Below are positions 1-9,925 of a DNA stretch of 64,000 nt, in pieces. The stretch is from IMG/VR virus record IMGVR_UViG_3300032401_000690, positions 32,001 to 96,000 of that record; one strand, given 5' to 3'. The notes under the pieces are model-generated. The model saw nothing but the letters and a program-made list of their open reading frames with translations, did not search any database and was not told the origin of the DNA. A program made the position numbers and the translations under genes. The DNA is from a virus. Positions within the stretch are counted from its first letter, which is position 1. Each line of letters opens with the position of its first letter.

Positions 1-259
1 TATCAACACATTCTATAACAACATCTTCATATGTTCTATTATTATTATCGGCAACAAATCCTAAATGACACCTAGCATCAATTTCACCAAAAGAAAAGAA
101 TATATAATCCGAATTTTTGTTGATTGGGTTAGACAATAAAAAACTATCTATTTGTGAAATTTTTTTTATGTTTTGATATGCCGTTGGTGCCGTCAACCAC
201 AATTTAACATATGAATCATTAAATGATTGTACGTGGCTATCACCTACTAAATAAATCAT
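1..259 (-). CDS. SGNH/GDSL-like hydrolase (partial, runs off window)
   Basis: Manual translation from ATG at 259: MIYLVGDSHVQSF...FSFGEIDARCH; GDS block I motif. Not in ORF track because truncated. Confidence 0.55.
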   Translation of the reverse strand, partial: MIYLVGDSHVQSFNDSYVKLWLTAPTAYQNIKKISQIDSFLLSNPINKNSDYIFFSFGEIDARCHLGFVADNNNRTYEDVVIECVD

Positions 260-284
260 AATTTTTTTTATTTTTTTTTATTTT

Positions 285-887
285 TTATTTACCCCAAGAT
301 TCCCATACAAATGGATAATCAAAATTTATTTTAAATCCATTATCCAATAAATTATTACGGATTTTTTCTCTTCTTTCTATATCCCCCTCAATCCCCAAAT
401 GAAATTGTATTTGTATGTTTTTAAATTTGTTAATCGACCCTGTTAATATCATATTTTCTAAAAGTGGGTATTCATCACCTTCAATATTAATCTGTATAAG
501 ATCAACGTATTCTAAACCAAAATTATTTAGGATAGTATCAATGGTATTAAATTTAACATTTATCCCATTCCCATTAATTAAATTAGATGAACTACCATCT
601 CCTCCCATATAAATAATACCATCTTTATCTTCAATTCCAACACCAACATTTAATAATCTAACTTTGGAGTTATTCTCAAATTTGGAGACCATACCACCAT
701 AAAAACTATGAACAGGTTCTAAAATATAAACGTTTGGGTTATATTTTTCAATCATTTGTTGAGCCCAAACACCAGTGTATCCACCCAAATCCATAATGAT
801 TGAGTTTTCATTTAAATCATATGTTATGTTATGGGTATAATCTCCCCTATCATTAAACCATCTACCTATCTCATTACTATTACTCAT
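285..887 (-). CDS. FkbM-family methyltransferase
   Basis: MDLGGYTG SAM-binding motif, LEP, and LIQINIEGDEY (variant of KxDxEG). Confidence 0.8.
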   Translation of the reverse strand: MSNSNEIGRWFNDRGDYTHNITYDLNENSIIMDLGGYTGVWAQQMIEKYNPNVYILEPVHSFYGGMVSKFENNSKVRLLNVGVGIEDKDGIIYMGGDGSSSNLINGNGINVKFNTIDTILNNFGLEYVDLIQINIEGDEYPLLENMILTGSINKFKNIQIQFHLGIEGDIERREKIRNNLLDNGFKINFDYPFVWESWGK

Positions 888-1299
888 TTGTTATAAATTT
901 TTTATCAAGTGATTGACCCTCATATGGTCCTGTTTTATATTCATAAACAATCGTATCTTCCTCAAGTATTTCATATGTGTGACCACCATAAAGGGTAAAA
1001 CTCGCATCTCCAGCATATAAAATTGGAGTTGCTATAATTTGATCATCAATATCAAACAAAATACATTTAACACTACCTTTAATAACAACCCAAGATTCTT
1101 GAGCTATTTGTTCCGCATAGTGCCTATCTTTAGTAATATGTTTATGTGGTGGAAATGTTTTATCTTTTTCCATCTTTAATGTTGCACATTGAATAAAATT
1201 ATTTTCAGGTATAACTTCTGTTCTACCATTAATATCATCCAATCTATTAATTACGTGTAATAGTTTTTTTGTTTCTACTTTTGAGTATATTTTTTCCAT
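880..1299 (-). CDS. Cupin-fold protein (WbuC-like, sugar-nucleotide associated)
   Basis: PPHKH...QESWVVIKG...GGHTYEILE cupin motifs; glycan gene context. Confidence 0.65.
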   Translation of the reverse strand: MEKIYSKVETKKLLHVINRLDDINGRTEVIPENNFIQCATLKMEKDKTFPPHKHITKDRHYAEQIAQESWVVIKGSVKCILFDIDDQIIATPILYAGDASFTLYGGHTYEILEEDTIVYEYKTGPYEGQSLDKKFITNE

Positions 1300-1302
1300 C
1301 TT

Positions 1303-2103
1303 TTAAATTTTAATCCAACTCTCAGGTATTATATCGTTGGTGTTATGTTGTATGTTTGATCCAAACCATTTTTTTGGTCCAACCACTATTTTATTATCAT
1401 TATTATTTAACCATGCTCCCCACCAAGAAAATGATGAATTAGATATTATATTATTATTACATAACGACATTAAATATAACTCAATGTAATCTTTTTCATT
1501 TTCAATGTAAATAATATTATCTAAAATTAGATTGTCTTTACACCATTGAATGTCGTCACTAAAAACAATAAAAATATCAGTTTTATCATTTAACATTTTA
1601 ATACTTTTTTTGTAATATTCTATAGATTGTGTTGGGTGATGATTTGGATAATTAATATAATCACCTCTCCTAACGTGGATACTGGTCGTTTTTTTATTTT
1701 GGTCAAAATTGTATTTTTTTTGTATATAATCTTCAGGTATAAAATTAAAATCTAAAAATTCTAAAATTGATTCTCTATTATGTTTGAAATATTTTTCACT
1801 TTGGAAAAACCCATCAATTTGTATATCCCCATTTATTAATGGGGTGTCAACGTATTCAAATGGATACACTCTTAAGGGAATACTTTTAGTGATTGGTGAT
1901 GTTATAATATTTTTAAATAATTTTAAATATTCGTGACTATAATCCAAAATAGGGTTATGGGTTTTATCTGAATTCAAATAATTTAAATGTGTAATAAGAT
2001 TAGGAAAACTACATTCAGTATTATTATCTATTGATAACGATTTTGTCGCCGCAATTTGAAATAGCACATTACCTATGCCTCCTTTTAAATTACAATAAAT
2101 CAT
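1303..2103 (-). CDS. Alpha-1,2-fucosyltransferase-like (GT11)
   Basis: GGIGNVLFQ, HVRRGDY, FSDD and SNSSFSWWGAWL motifs. Confidence 0.9.
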   Translation of the reverse strand: MIYCNLKGGIGNVLFQIAATKSLSIDNNTECSFPNLITHLNYLNSDKTHNPILDYSHEYLKLFKNIITSPITKSIPLRVYPFEYVDTPLINGDIQIDGFFQSEKYFKHNRESILEFLDFNFIPEDYIQKKYNFDQNKKTTSIHVRRGDYINYPNHHPTQSIEYYKKSIKMLNDKTDIFIVFSDDIQWCKDNLILDNIIYIENEKDYIELYLMSLCNNNIISNSSFSWWGAWLNNNDNKIVVGPKKWFGSNIQHNTNDIIPESWIKI

Positions 2104-2827
2104 TTTTATTTAATTTATCATATGGTTTATACGACCTGATTTTGTTTACGACATTACTGATTTTATCCATATTAACTTTGTGATCATTGATTGGGTTACC
2201 TTCATTATATATGTAATTAATTTCAGTCATAAATTTATAATTGGTTGGTCCACACATTTCAACCATAGGATACATAAACGCAACATCTCCCGCAACAGAC
2301 CAATAATTACCGTTTTCATCTTTTAAATCGTCAACTTTAATTTTCTTCCATAAAAAAGATTTCCAAGTTCTTAAATGAGTTAAAGTAAATGGTTGGTACC
2401 TAATATTTTCAAAAGTTGTATGAGGTTTTGCAAATCCAATCCTACCATCGTGATATAAAAAACTACCATTTGCCAACCAAATATCACCACTATTATATGT
2501 TTTAATTACTCTATCAAAAACCTCATTGTCGGGTAACCAATCGTCACCATCAACCTCAATACAAATATCTTCGTCTAAAACATTATAATTACCTCTAATT
2601 ACTTGATCGTAATTTCCAGGTTGATACATTTTTAATTTATTTTCAATTAAAATAAATCTATCATCATTTTTTATAAAATCTTTAATTTTATTTACGGTAT
2701 TGTCGGTTGACATATCATCAGTTATAAAACATCTAAAATTTTTATATTTTTGATTCATAATTGATGACAGGCATTTTTCAATATAATTTTCACAATTATA
2801 GGATGTTGTTAATATAATTAAGTTCAT
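2090..2827 (-). CDS. Glycosyltransferase family 2
   Basis: YNCENYIEKCLSS, DDMSTD, VDGDD motifs. Confidence 0.85.
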   Translation of the reverse strand: MNLIILTTSYNCENYIEKCLSSIMNQKYKNFRCFITDDMSTDNTVNKIKDFIKNDDRFILIENKLKMYQPGNYDQVIRGNYNVLDEDICIEVDGDDWLPDNEVFDRVIKTYNSGDIWLANGSFLYHDGRIGFAKPHTTFENIRYQPFTLTHLRTWKSFLWKKIKVDDLKDENGNYWSVAGDVAFMYPMVEMCGPTNYKFMTEINYIYNEGNPINDHKVNMDKISNVVNKIRSYKPYDKLNKNDLL

Positions 2828-3702
2828 AATATTTTTATATATTCTTCTTTTATTTTTTTTGCCACTTCCATACCATCAAATTTACTTATGTCGGAAGGTA
2901 CCTCAAAACGATCTTTACTAATTATTTCCCCAAGTGAATTTACATTATAAATCCATCCAGGTTTTCCACACATCCACCCCTCAATAGTTGTTCTACCTAA
3001 AAGGATACCTGCAGTCTCACTACAATTTTTAACAAAATCCTCAACATTATATGTGTCTTCGTAATACTTAACGTGAGAATTTTCTAACAGACCAGACAAA
3101 TAATATGATGAGTTTTTACCTACTAACCATAATTCTTTACCAATATTTTTTGTATACTCTACCAAATCTTCAATTGATTTTTGTCTTAAATAATCAATTG
3201 TCCCTACAAATAGAACATAACCATTATCTGTAGTATTGGTTGGGTTAAATCTATTAGAATCAATAGGGTTATAAATAACTTCAATTTTATCTTTTGGTAT
3301 GTTAAAATTATTTATTAAATGGTCTTTAATTTCAGGTCTAATGGCAATGTATTTTAGAATACTATTATCCATTACAGGATTTTCTAAAGATATCACTTCA
3401 GAATGGATTGTAGTTATTTTTTTAATATTTGGAAATGCTTTAACCAACGCTTCTGTGATTGGTTTATGTTGTGTATGTATTATATCAAATATTTGAGTAA
3501 GAAGTTGTGTGTCAAAATTATGTATTTTTATACCATTTTTTTGAGCTAATGAAACTAAAGGATCTCCAAGATTTGGTGATGTTATAGTGACATCACAATC
3601 AAGTTGTGTTAAATATTTAGATAATTCGTAAATATACATTTCAGATCCCGTGAAATTTTTAAAGGATAAACACCCAATTAATATTTTTATTTTATTTGAC
3701 AT
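2824..3702 (-). CDS. Glycosyltransferase, GT4-like (GT-B)
   Basis: TGSEMYIYEL, VIYNPID, LFVG, EGWMCGKP. Confidence 0.75.
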   Translation of the reverse strand: MSNKIKILIGCLSFKNFTGSEMYIYELSKYLTQLDCDVTITSPNLGDPLVSLAQKNGIKIHNFDTQLLTQIFDIIHTQHKPITEALVKAFPNIKKITTIHSEVISLENPVMDNSILKYIAIRPEIKDHLINNFNIPKDKIEVIYNPIDSNRFNPTNTTDNGYVLFVGTIDYLRQKSIEDLVEYTKNIGKELWLVGKNSSYYLSGLLENSHVKYYEDTYNVEDFVKNCSETAGILLGRTTIEGWMCGKPGWIYNVNSLGEIISKDRFEVPSDISKFDGMEVAKKIKEEYIKIL

Positions 3703-3714
3703 CAGTTTTATTTA

Positions 3715-5223
3715 TTAAATGTAATAAAGGTTATTTTTTATTTTATCAAAATTTAATTTAATTAATGGTAATAAAATTTTATTGTATTCCATAATAATTT
3801 CCCCCATTTCTAAATCAATATTTCTTGTTTTAGATTCATAATGGTACGCAACACAATTACTACTAATAATGTTATTGTAATCTTTAATTTTAAATTGTAA
3901 ATTAAGTTCAACATCCTCCCAACAATATTTATAATTTTCACTAAACATTCCAAGTTTATTAAAAATATCTTTTCTAACCATCATTAAAGCCGCGGTATTA
4001 CCAACCACATTTGATTGATCACTAGTATAGTTAAAATACGACTCTTTATTTTTATGTGTTACACTTATTGATTTATTTGTTTGATTAACATATATAGATA
4101 TTCCATCATGTTGTAGTGTGTTATTTGGATAATGTAGTCTAGCACCAACTGTCCCAACTTTATTTGTTGTTTTAAAAATTCTTAACATTTCATAAATAAC
4201 ATTGTTAAGAACTTTAATATCGTTATTACAAAACAATAAAAATTCGTAATCATCATTTATGTGATTTTTAACAACATCGTTATTAATTTTTGCAAAATTA
4301 TAATAATCGTATTCAATTAATCTTATGTTGTTATTTAGTTGGATATAACTTTTTATGATTTCCTTTTCATCATCTGTTGATCCCGTATCCGCAATAAAAA
4401 TATCAAATAGTTTTTCATTACAATGTTCATAAAATGAATTAATACAATCCAATAACATTTCCACATTACCTTTTGTTGGGATTATAATTGCAACCTTACC
4501 AATATTTTTTAAAGGTTTTTCTTTAATTACCGGAACATAAACCGATTCAGGTTTTAAATCTAATGGTAATTCACTTCCCCATTTCTCAACGAACTTATCT
4601 TTGCTTTCCCAAAACTCTTGGTTTGGTCTACCAACAGATTGATGTGTTATCTCAAATGATGAGGTTACACCAATCTTAACTCCCGATAAGTAATTTGGTA
4701 CACAGAATAGATGATCGTAGAAGTGGAACTTACCAATGGTTGTATCAAACATATGATTACATTTTGTTTTATCAAACGACATAAACAAACCATCAATTGT
4801 TACAACTGGAACTAAAAAAGGTAATTTTGGAGAATATTTACTTAAGAATTTTTTTTGACCATCAGGGTGATGATAAACTTGCCCGACCATTGTTTGGTTC
4901 ATTCTGTCCCAATAAACTCCTGACTCGGGAAAATAACAAGAACCTGCTTTGCCTATAATACCATAGTCGGGATTATCCTCAAAATCTTTTAATAATTTTT
5001 TACCCCAATTTTTCTCAAGTTTAATATCGTTATGACAACAAACAATTATATTATAAATTGATTCAGTAATTCCGGAGTTATAAACATTTGATAATGAATG
5101 TTCATTATGATTTTCATATTCTAATATCTGAGGATCTTTAACCCCAACAGTTTGTAACAAATGTTGTCTAAATTTGTTATTATATTCTTGATCTTTATGT
5201 GTTGAATATATTATTGTTATCAT
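3715..5223 (-). CDS. Two-domain glycosyltransferase (GT-A/GT2 x2)
   Basis: N-domain CCHNDI...IDGLF...FHFYD; C-domain IIIPT...DTGSTD...FCNND...EDVEL...HYES. Confidence 0.8.
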   Translation of the reverse strand: MITIIYSTHKDQEYNNKFRQHLLQTVGVKDPQILEYENHNEHSLSNVYNSGITESIYNIIVCCHNDIKLEKNWGKKLLKDFEDNPDYGIIGKAGSCYFPESGVYWDRMNQTMVGQVYHHPDGQKKFLSKYSPKLPFLVPVVTIDGLFMSFDKTKCNHMFDTTIGKFHFYDHLFCVPNYLSGVKIGVTSSFEITHQSVGRPNQEFWESKDKFVEKWGSELPLDLKPESVYVPVIKEKPLKNIGKVAIIIPTKGNVEMLLDCINSFYEHCNEKLFDIFIADTGSTDDEKEIIKSYIQLNNNIRLIEYDYYNFAKINNDVVKNHINDDYEFLLFCNNDIKVLNNVIYEMLRIFKTTNKVGTVGARLHYPNNTLQHDGISIYVNQTNKSISVTHKNKESYFNYTSDQSNVVGNTAALMMVRKDIFNKLGMFSENYKYCWEDVELNLQFKIKDYNNIISSNCVAYHYESKTRNIDLEMGEIIMEYNKILLPLIKLNFDKIKNNLYYI

Positions 5224-5522
5224 ATCCCAGTACTCCCGAATCCTTTCTCTCCTCGGTCTTTATTGTTTATGTTATCAACCTTTGTTAATTTAATCCACTT
5301 ACCTGAAACCACGGGTGAAATAACTGCTTGTGCGATTTTCTGACCTTTTTTAATTATAACATTATTTTTTGTTGTATTAAATAGTATAACTTGAATTTCT
5401 CCTGTATATCCACAATTATGTATTAGATGGTCATTACAAAAAAAGTTATGATTATTAGATACCGTAATATCATAAGTTTGGTTTTTTGATTTTGAGATTT
5501 TTTTTATTTTAGTTGTTTTCAT
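5220..5522 (-). CDS. dut: Split-intein C-fragment (36 aa) fused to dUTPase C-extein
   Basis: Basic IntC with YDITV..NHNF...IHN then +1 Cys; extein CGYTGEI (motif III), KIAQ (IV), RGEKGFGSTG (V). Confidence 0.92.
   Translation of the reverse strand: MKTTKIKKISKSKNQTYDITVSNNHNFFCNDHLIHNCGYTGEIQVILFNTTKNNVIIKKGQKIAQAVISPVVSGKWIKLTKVDNINNKDRGEKGFGSTGI
5415..5522 (-). mobile_element. Split intein IntC coding segment
   Basis: Blocks F/G ending His-Asn (Asn codon 5415-5417) before the Cys codon at 5412-5414. Confidence 0.88.
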
Positions 5523-6393
5523 TTATAAAAGTTTTTAAATCATTAACACTATAAAATATTTTATAGTTTTTATATATCTGTTTTGTATAATATTCCTTAA
5601 CGTCAACCTCTTCAGTATTCCACCCCTTCATTTCAATAATATAGGATAATCCGTTATTAAATTCAACCAAAAAATCAGGAACATAGTGTCTATTTATGTC
5701 GTTATAAAAATATTTTATTCTAATCCCATGTTTATTTGTCCATGTTTTTACTAAAGTAGAGGAATCGAATAATTTCATAGACTCTAATTCGTAAGAGGAT
5801 GCGTACATAAAAATTTCATTATTTTTTGAAGTATATTTACCGGTCTTATATTTATTAGATTGATTACTGATTATTCCATCGGCATATAGTTGAGATATTT
5901 TTTTAGACATATTTTCTCTATATTCTAATGATTTCTCACATCTTCCGTCGTTTAACGACTTTTTTATTGATTCTATTGTTTTTTCTCTATACTCATTATT
6001 TTTCCACTTTTCTTTTGACGTTTTAGATATTTTTTCAATTCTTTCGTCAGATATTACCCATTTTTTAAACTCTTCCGACGATTTCCAATTCGTAAATCCA
6101 GAAAAAATTTCAGGAGTTTCCTTATGAATTTTTTTAATCTTTTCAGACATACTTTTCCTAAATTCAGGATTTTTATGTGTTATATTTCTAATTTTTATTT
6201 GTTTGTCTCTATAGTCGGGGTCTGACCAATTTTTTTTTGATCTTTCCGATATTTTTTTTAACTCATCATTTGATTTCACTTGAGAACCTACAAACATTAA
6301 TTTATAGTCCGAACTATTCATTTTATGTTCAAATTTTAAGTGCTCAACAATTGAACACTTTTTTTCCACACCACAAATTAAACATTTCACCAT
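5509..6393 (-). CDS. Free-standing putative homing endonuclease (TnsA-like PD-(D/E)XK C-domain with NUMOD3-like repeats)
   Basis: YASSYE...YVPDFLVEF...IIEMKGW; N-terminal CxxC..H..H; repeated basic helices; lies between the two dut halves. Confidence 0.75.
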   Translation of the reverse strand: MVKCLICGVEKKCSIVEHLKFEHKMNSSDYKLMFVGSQVKSNDELKKISERSKKNWSDPDYRDKQIKIRNITHKNPEFRKSMSEKIKKIHKETPEIFSGFTNWKSSEEFKKWVISDERIEKISKTSKEKWKNNEYREKTIESIKKSLNDGRCEKSLEYRENMSKKISQLYADGIISNQSNKYKTGKYTSKNNEIFMYASSYELESMKLFDSSTLVKTWTNKHGIRIKYFYNDINRHYVPDFLVEFNNGLSYIIEMKGWNTEEVDVKEYYTKQIYKNYKIFYSVNDLKTFINENN

Positions 6394-6431
6394 AATACCC
6401 CTTATCTATATTGATAAATAGTATGCTGGTG

Positions 6432-7124
6432 TTAAAAAATTATGATTTCATCGTTTTCGGTTAAATTTTTTGCCAACTTAATCCCGTCTTTAGTGTAAAC
6501 CTCACTATTAAGGGTAACCTCAAGAATTCCATGTTCGGTGTCAATTAATAATATTTCTTGGACTCCAGTATCAAAAATGGATGATATGACATCTTTCTCA
6601 ATCTCTAAAGAATCTTCATTAAATGAATAAACGATATCCCCAATCCTCAGTTCTTTGATTGTCTTATCTCCGTCAATGGTTAATATCTTCATGTTTTCAG
6701 AAAAACAATCCACCGTCCCCGGAGAATTTAATACCATAAGCCCTTGTTTTAAAGCCAAACCACTCTTAGGCCTCACCTGTACCTCATACCCGTCAGGAAT
6801 ATCAATATGTAACCCCGTTGGAATTAATGATCTACCAAACGATTCTATTTCAATTTCTTCAGTTGAAAACAAATCAAATCCAGAATCTGTTGGGTAAGCA
6901 TATGATGGGTCAATAGAATCAACGTTGGATTGAGAATACTCAACTTTCATTTTTTGTTCAAAGTTTGCCATATCTCGTTCAAGTTCGGCAACATCAACAC
7001 CAAAAATATCCATTATGTTTTGGTAGTCAGGTTCTTCATCACCAAACATATCCTCAAGTTCTTGGAGATTTTCTAGTTGATTAAGTAAGTCCCCAAGATT
7101 TTCTTCTTCTTCCTCGTTAATCAT
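6432..7124 (-). CDS. dut: dUTPase N-extein fused to split-intein N-fragment (91 aa)
   Basis: DSGFDL (motif I), RPKSGLA (II), GTVD (start of III), then intein block A CFSENMKILT..GDK.IKEL.IGD.VYS. Confidence 0.92.
   Translation of the reverse strand: MINEEEEENLGDLLNQLENLQELEDMFGDEEPDYQNIMDIFGVDVAELERDMANFEQKMKVEYSQSNVDSIDPSYAYPTDSGFDLFSTEEIEIESFGRSLIPTGLHIDIPDGYEVQVRPKSGLALKQGLMVLNSPGTVDCFSENMKILTIDGDKTIKELRIGDIVYSFNEDSLEIEKDVISSIFDTGVQEILLIDTEHGILEVTLNSEVYTKDGIKLAKNLTENDEIIIF
6435..6707 (-). mobile_element. Split intein IntN coding segment
   Basis: Cys1 codon at 6705-6707; HINT N-terminal pattern ending G.KLAKNL..NDEI then stop. Confidence 0.88.
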
Positions 7125-7840
7125 TTTAATTCCTTTAATTTTTTAATAGTATCAACCAATACCACAACATCTTTTTCACAGTAATCTGATATCTCTTTTA
7201 ACATATTTTTATTCCAATAGTAGTCGTGAACTTTATCTCCCGTCACTTCACCATCTTTTGGTGTTGGTATATCCAAACAAGTACACATAAGATCCAACGA
7301 TCCGATGGAAGTATAAGAACCATATTGCCAAATCTCTTTGGTATCAATTGCCTTAACTTCCCAAGGTTTTGTATCATACGATGGTAAAAGTTTTGATGGC
7401 ATAATCCCATTTATAATCATTCGTTTTGCCATCATCGGTATATCAAAATTCTTTAGGTTATGACCACAAAGATAAAAATCTAATTTTTGGCAACGATCCA
7501 ATAGATTTCTTACTTGTAATAAAACTTCTTTTTCATCATCACCTGAGAATGTTTGTTTCTTGATATCACCATTGTCCATAACGAACGCCAATGAAACACA
7601 AACAATCTTTGCAAATTCAGGAACAAGTGCCGCCCTTTTCTTAAACACCTCATTTTTCCATTCCATTTCAGATTCCCCAATCATAGTATCTTCGGGAAAT
7701 CTTTTTAGGAACCAATCAAAGTATTTATTAAACTGATCGGCAACTGAACTATTTAAAGTTTGGCATACCTCAAAGTCAGGACAACAACCTACAGTTTCTA
7801 TATCAAGAAACAAAATTTTTGTAATTGGAATATTAATCAT
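7121..7840 (-). CDS. DnaQ-superfamily 3'-5' exonuclease (PolB exo-like, stand-alone)
   Basis: ExoI LDIETV, ExoII GHNLKNFDIP, ExoIII YCEKDV. Confidence 0.85.
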   Translation of the reverse strand: MINIPITKILFLDIETVGCCPDFEVCQTLNSSVADQFNKYFDWFLKRFPEDTMIGESEMEWKNEVFKKRAALVPEFAKIVCVSLAFVMDNGDIKKQTFSGDDEKEVLLQVRNLLDRCQKLDFYLCGHNLKNFDIPMMAKRMIINGIMPSKLLPSYDTKPWEVKAIDTKEIWQYGSYTSIGSLDLMCTCLDIPTPKDGEVTGDKVHDYYWNKNMLKEISDYCEKDVVVLVDTIKKLKELK

Positions 7841-7845
7841 ATTAT

Positions 7846-8679
7846 TTAATTATTTTTTATTTTATCTACAACTTCCCACCCTTTATTTTTTCCATAAGAT
7901 TTCAAAGTAGTAACACTAACTAATAGGTTATTTTTTTTTACGTAATCTTTAAATGAATTATAACCTAAAAAATTTAAAATATCACCTTTAGGTGTTTTTA
8001 TTATCCAAATCATTTTATTTGATTCAGATTGTTTTTTCTTTGATAACTCACTTCTTTTATACCCAACCTTACTTATTGACATTTTTTTTCTTATGTCTTC
8101 ATTATATTTTTTACCTTTATTTGGTGATGGAACCCCTTTTTTAATTTTAGATAATTTTAATTTAGTTTCATCATTCATAGGAATTCTTTTTTTACCTTTA
8201 AGTGACTCGCTTATTTTTTTTCTTGTATTGTCACTAACAATTCTACCTTTAGATGTTTCACTAATTTTTTTTCTAAAATTTTCAGACATTTTTAACCCCC
8301 TATTCCATCCACCTAAAGTCCTATTTTGTTTTTTCGCAGTTTCGGACATTTTAAGTTTTGTTTTACTACTATGATTTTTCCCAAACATAGGAGATCCCCC
8401 ATCACCACCATTGGTTAAATTAACCAATTTAAATCCCCATACTTTAAATTGAGATATCCAATACATTTCAACCTCATTTGAGTCTTTATCGTCACATACA
8501 TCTAAAATTTCTATAATAATTTTTCCCCCATTTAATAAAGTATTATTAATCCATTTTTCTTTATATGTTTTTTTATTTTTACTTTGATTTATATGTGCAG
8601 AGTATCTTTTATTTATTGATTTAGTTTTACCAATATAACGAATTTTAATCTCATCACTAAGTGTGTAAATATATGTCAT
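7846..8679 (-). CDS. GIY-YIG homing endonuclease with NUMOD3 repeats
   Basis: YIYTL...RYIGKT..R...H, E..WI, NLTNGGDG, repeated KKISE/KMS motifs. Confidence 0.88.
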   Translation of the reverse strand: MTYIYTLSDEIKIRYIGKTKSINKRYSAHINQSKNKKTYKEKWINNTLLNGGKIIIEILDVCDDKDSNEVEMYWISQFKVWGFKLVNLTNGGDGGSPMFGKNHSSKTKLKMSETAKKQNRTLGGWNRGLKMSENFRKKISETSKGRIVSDNTRKKISESLKGKKRIPMNDETKLKLSKIKKGVPSPNKGKKYNEDIRKKMSISKVGYKRSELSKKKQSESNKMIWIIKTPKGDILNFLGYNSFKDYVKKNNLLVSVTTLKSYGKNKGWEVVDKIKNN

Positions 8680-8707
8680 AATAATAAATATTACGACATT
8701 AATAAAG

Positions 8708-9925
8708 TTACCTAATAATACTCAAATAAAAATCTTTTCGGTCAATGGTTACTTTATTAAGGTCGTAACGATCCTTTACCGTTTCATATAGTCTTTCACC
8801 CATATCGGTAATCATATTTGGGTTATCAACCAACTTCTTAATATATTTTGCCCAATCACTATGGTTATTATTTTTATTAACCAATAACGCATTACCATCA
8901 GTAAAATTACCATTATTTAACGAATGTTTCAAATCAATCGTGTATGGTCCAACATTAGATGCAATCAATGCCTTTTTATAAAATCCTGCTTCAATAACTT
9001 TAAGTTGTGATTTCATTCTGTTAAATACGTGATCAACAATTGGTGATAAAGAAATATCAAACTTAGAATAGTTCTTAGCGTATGTTGTTGTTGGTTTTGT
9101 CCATACTCTAACATAGTTTTCATTTTGCCACCCAGGATATTCACCATCCTCAAACTTATCCAAATATTCCTTATATTTTGGTGTAACGATTTTATATTTG
9201 TCGGTAAAAATTTCTTCATACTTAACCCAAACAGTTTCTTCAGGTTTAATTGCCCGTTTTGTTTCTTGATTTGTTTGTTTGTTAATTTCGGTAACTGTAC
9301 CTCTTGTATCAAAACCACAAACATAATATTGTAGTTTATCTTTAACGGACGATAATTTTGAAACCATACCATCTAACAATTTTAAATCGTGTAAATGTGA
9401 TGATCCACCCAACCAACCAACTCTTACTTTATCAGATGGTAATGTTGGTTCATTAAATTGAGCCTCCCTTGGGTCAATAGCGTTTGGAAACACAAAAACA
9501 TTTTTATTAAATTTTTTAATTTCAAATGCAAAAATATCAGTTGTTGTTGTAACGTAAGAAGCAACTTTAAGATTTGCAATAATTTTTTCGTGAATTTTGT
9601 TATTTAAAATCAATTGTTGAATTGGATGTTCCTTTGTTGGTAACCAATAATCGTCAATGTCTGCAACAACAATAATTCCCATAGATTTAAGTTTCTCAAT
9701 CAATGCAGGACATTTATCATAATCATTTCCAATTGTTCTATGGAAATGAACAATATGATATTGTGACCAATAATTCATATCATCCACCTTTGGTGCATAG
9801 TCAATATCAACGTGAAAATCATCAGGATATAGATTTTGTAGTTTAACATGGGGGTCGACAGATCTATACCGACCAACTCCTGACGAATCTGAGGGGGCGA
9901 CTAATACTCTAATTTTTTCTTTCAT
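8708..9925 (-). CDS. GT-B fold glycosyltransferase
   Basis: GVGRYRS, DIDDYW, FPNAID, VGWLGGSSH, FNRMKSQLKVIEAG. Confidence 0.75.
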   Translation of the reverse strand: MKEKIRVLVAPSDSSGVGRYRSVDPHVKLQNLYPDDFHVDIDYAPKVDDMNYWSQYHIVHFHRTIGNDYDKCPALIEKLKSMGIIVVADIDDYWLPTKEHPIQQLILNNKIHEKIIANLKVASYVTTTTDIFAFEIKKFNKNVFVFPNAIDPREAQFNEPTLPSDKVRVGWLGGSSHLHDLKLLDGMVSKLSSVKDKLQYYVCGFDTRGTVTEINKQTNQETKRAIKPEETVWVKYEEIFTDKYKIVTPKYKEYLDKFEDGEYPGWQNENYVRVWTKPTTTYAKNYSKFDISLSPIVDHVFNRMKSQLKVIEAGFYKKALIASNVGPYTIDLKHSLNNGNFTDGNALLVNKNNNHSDWAKYIKKLVDNPNMITDMGERLYETVKDRYDLNKVTIDRKDFYLSIIR

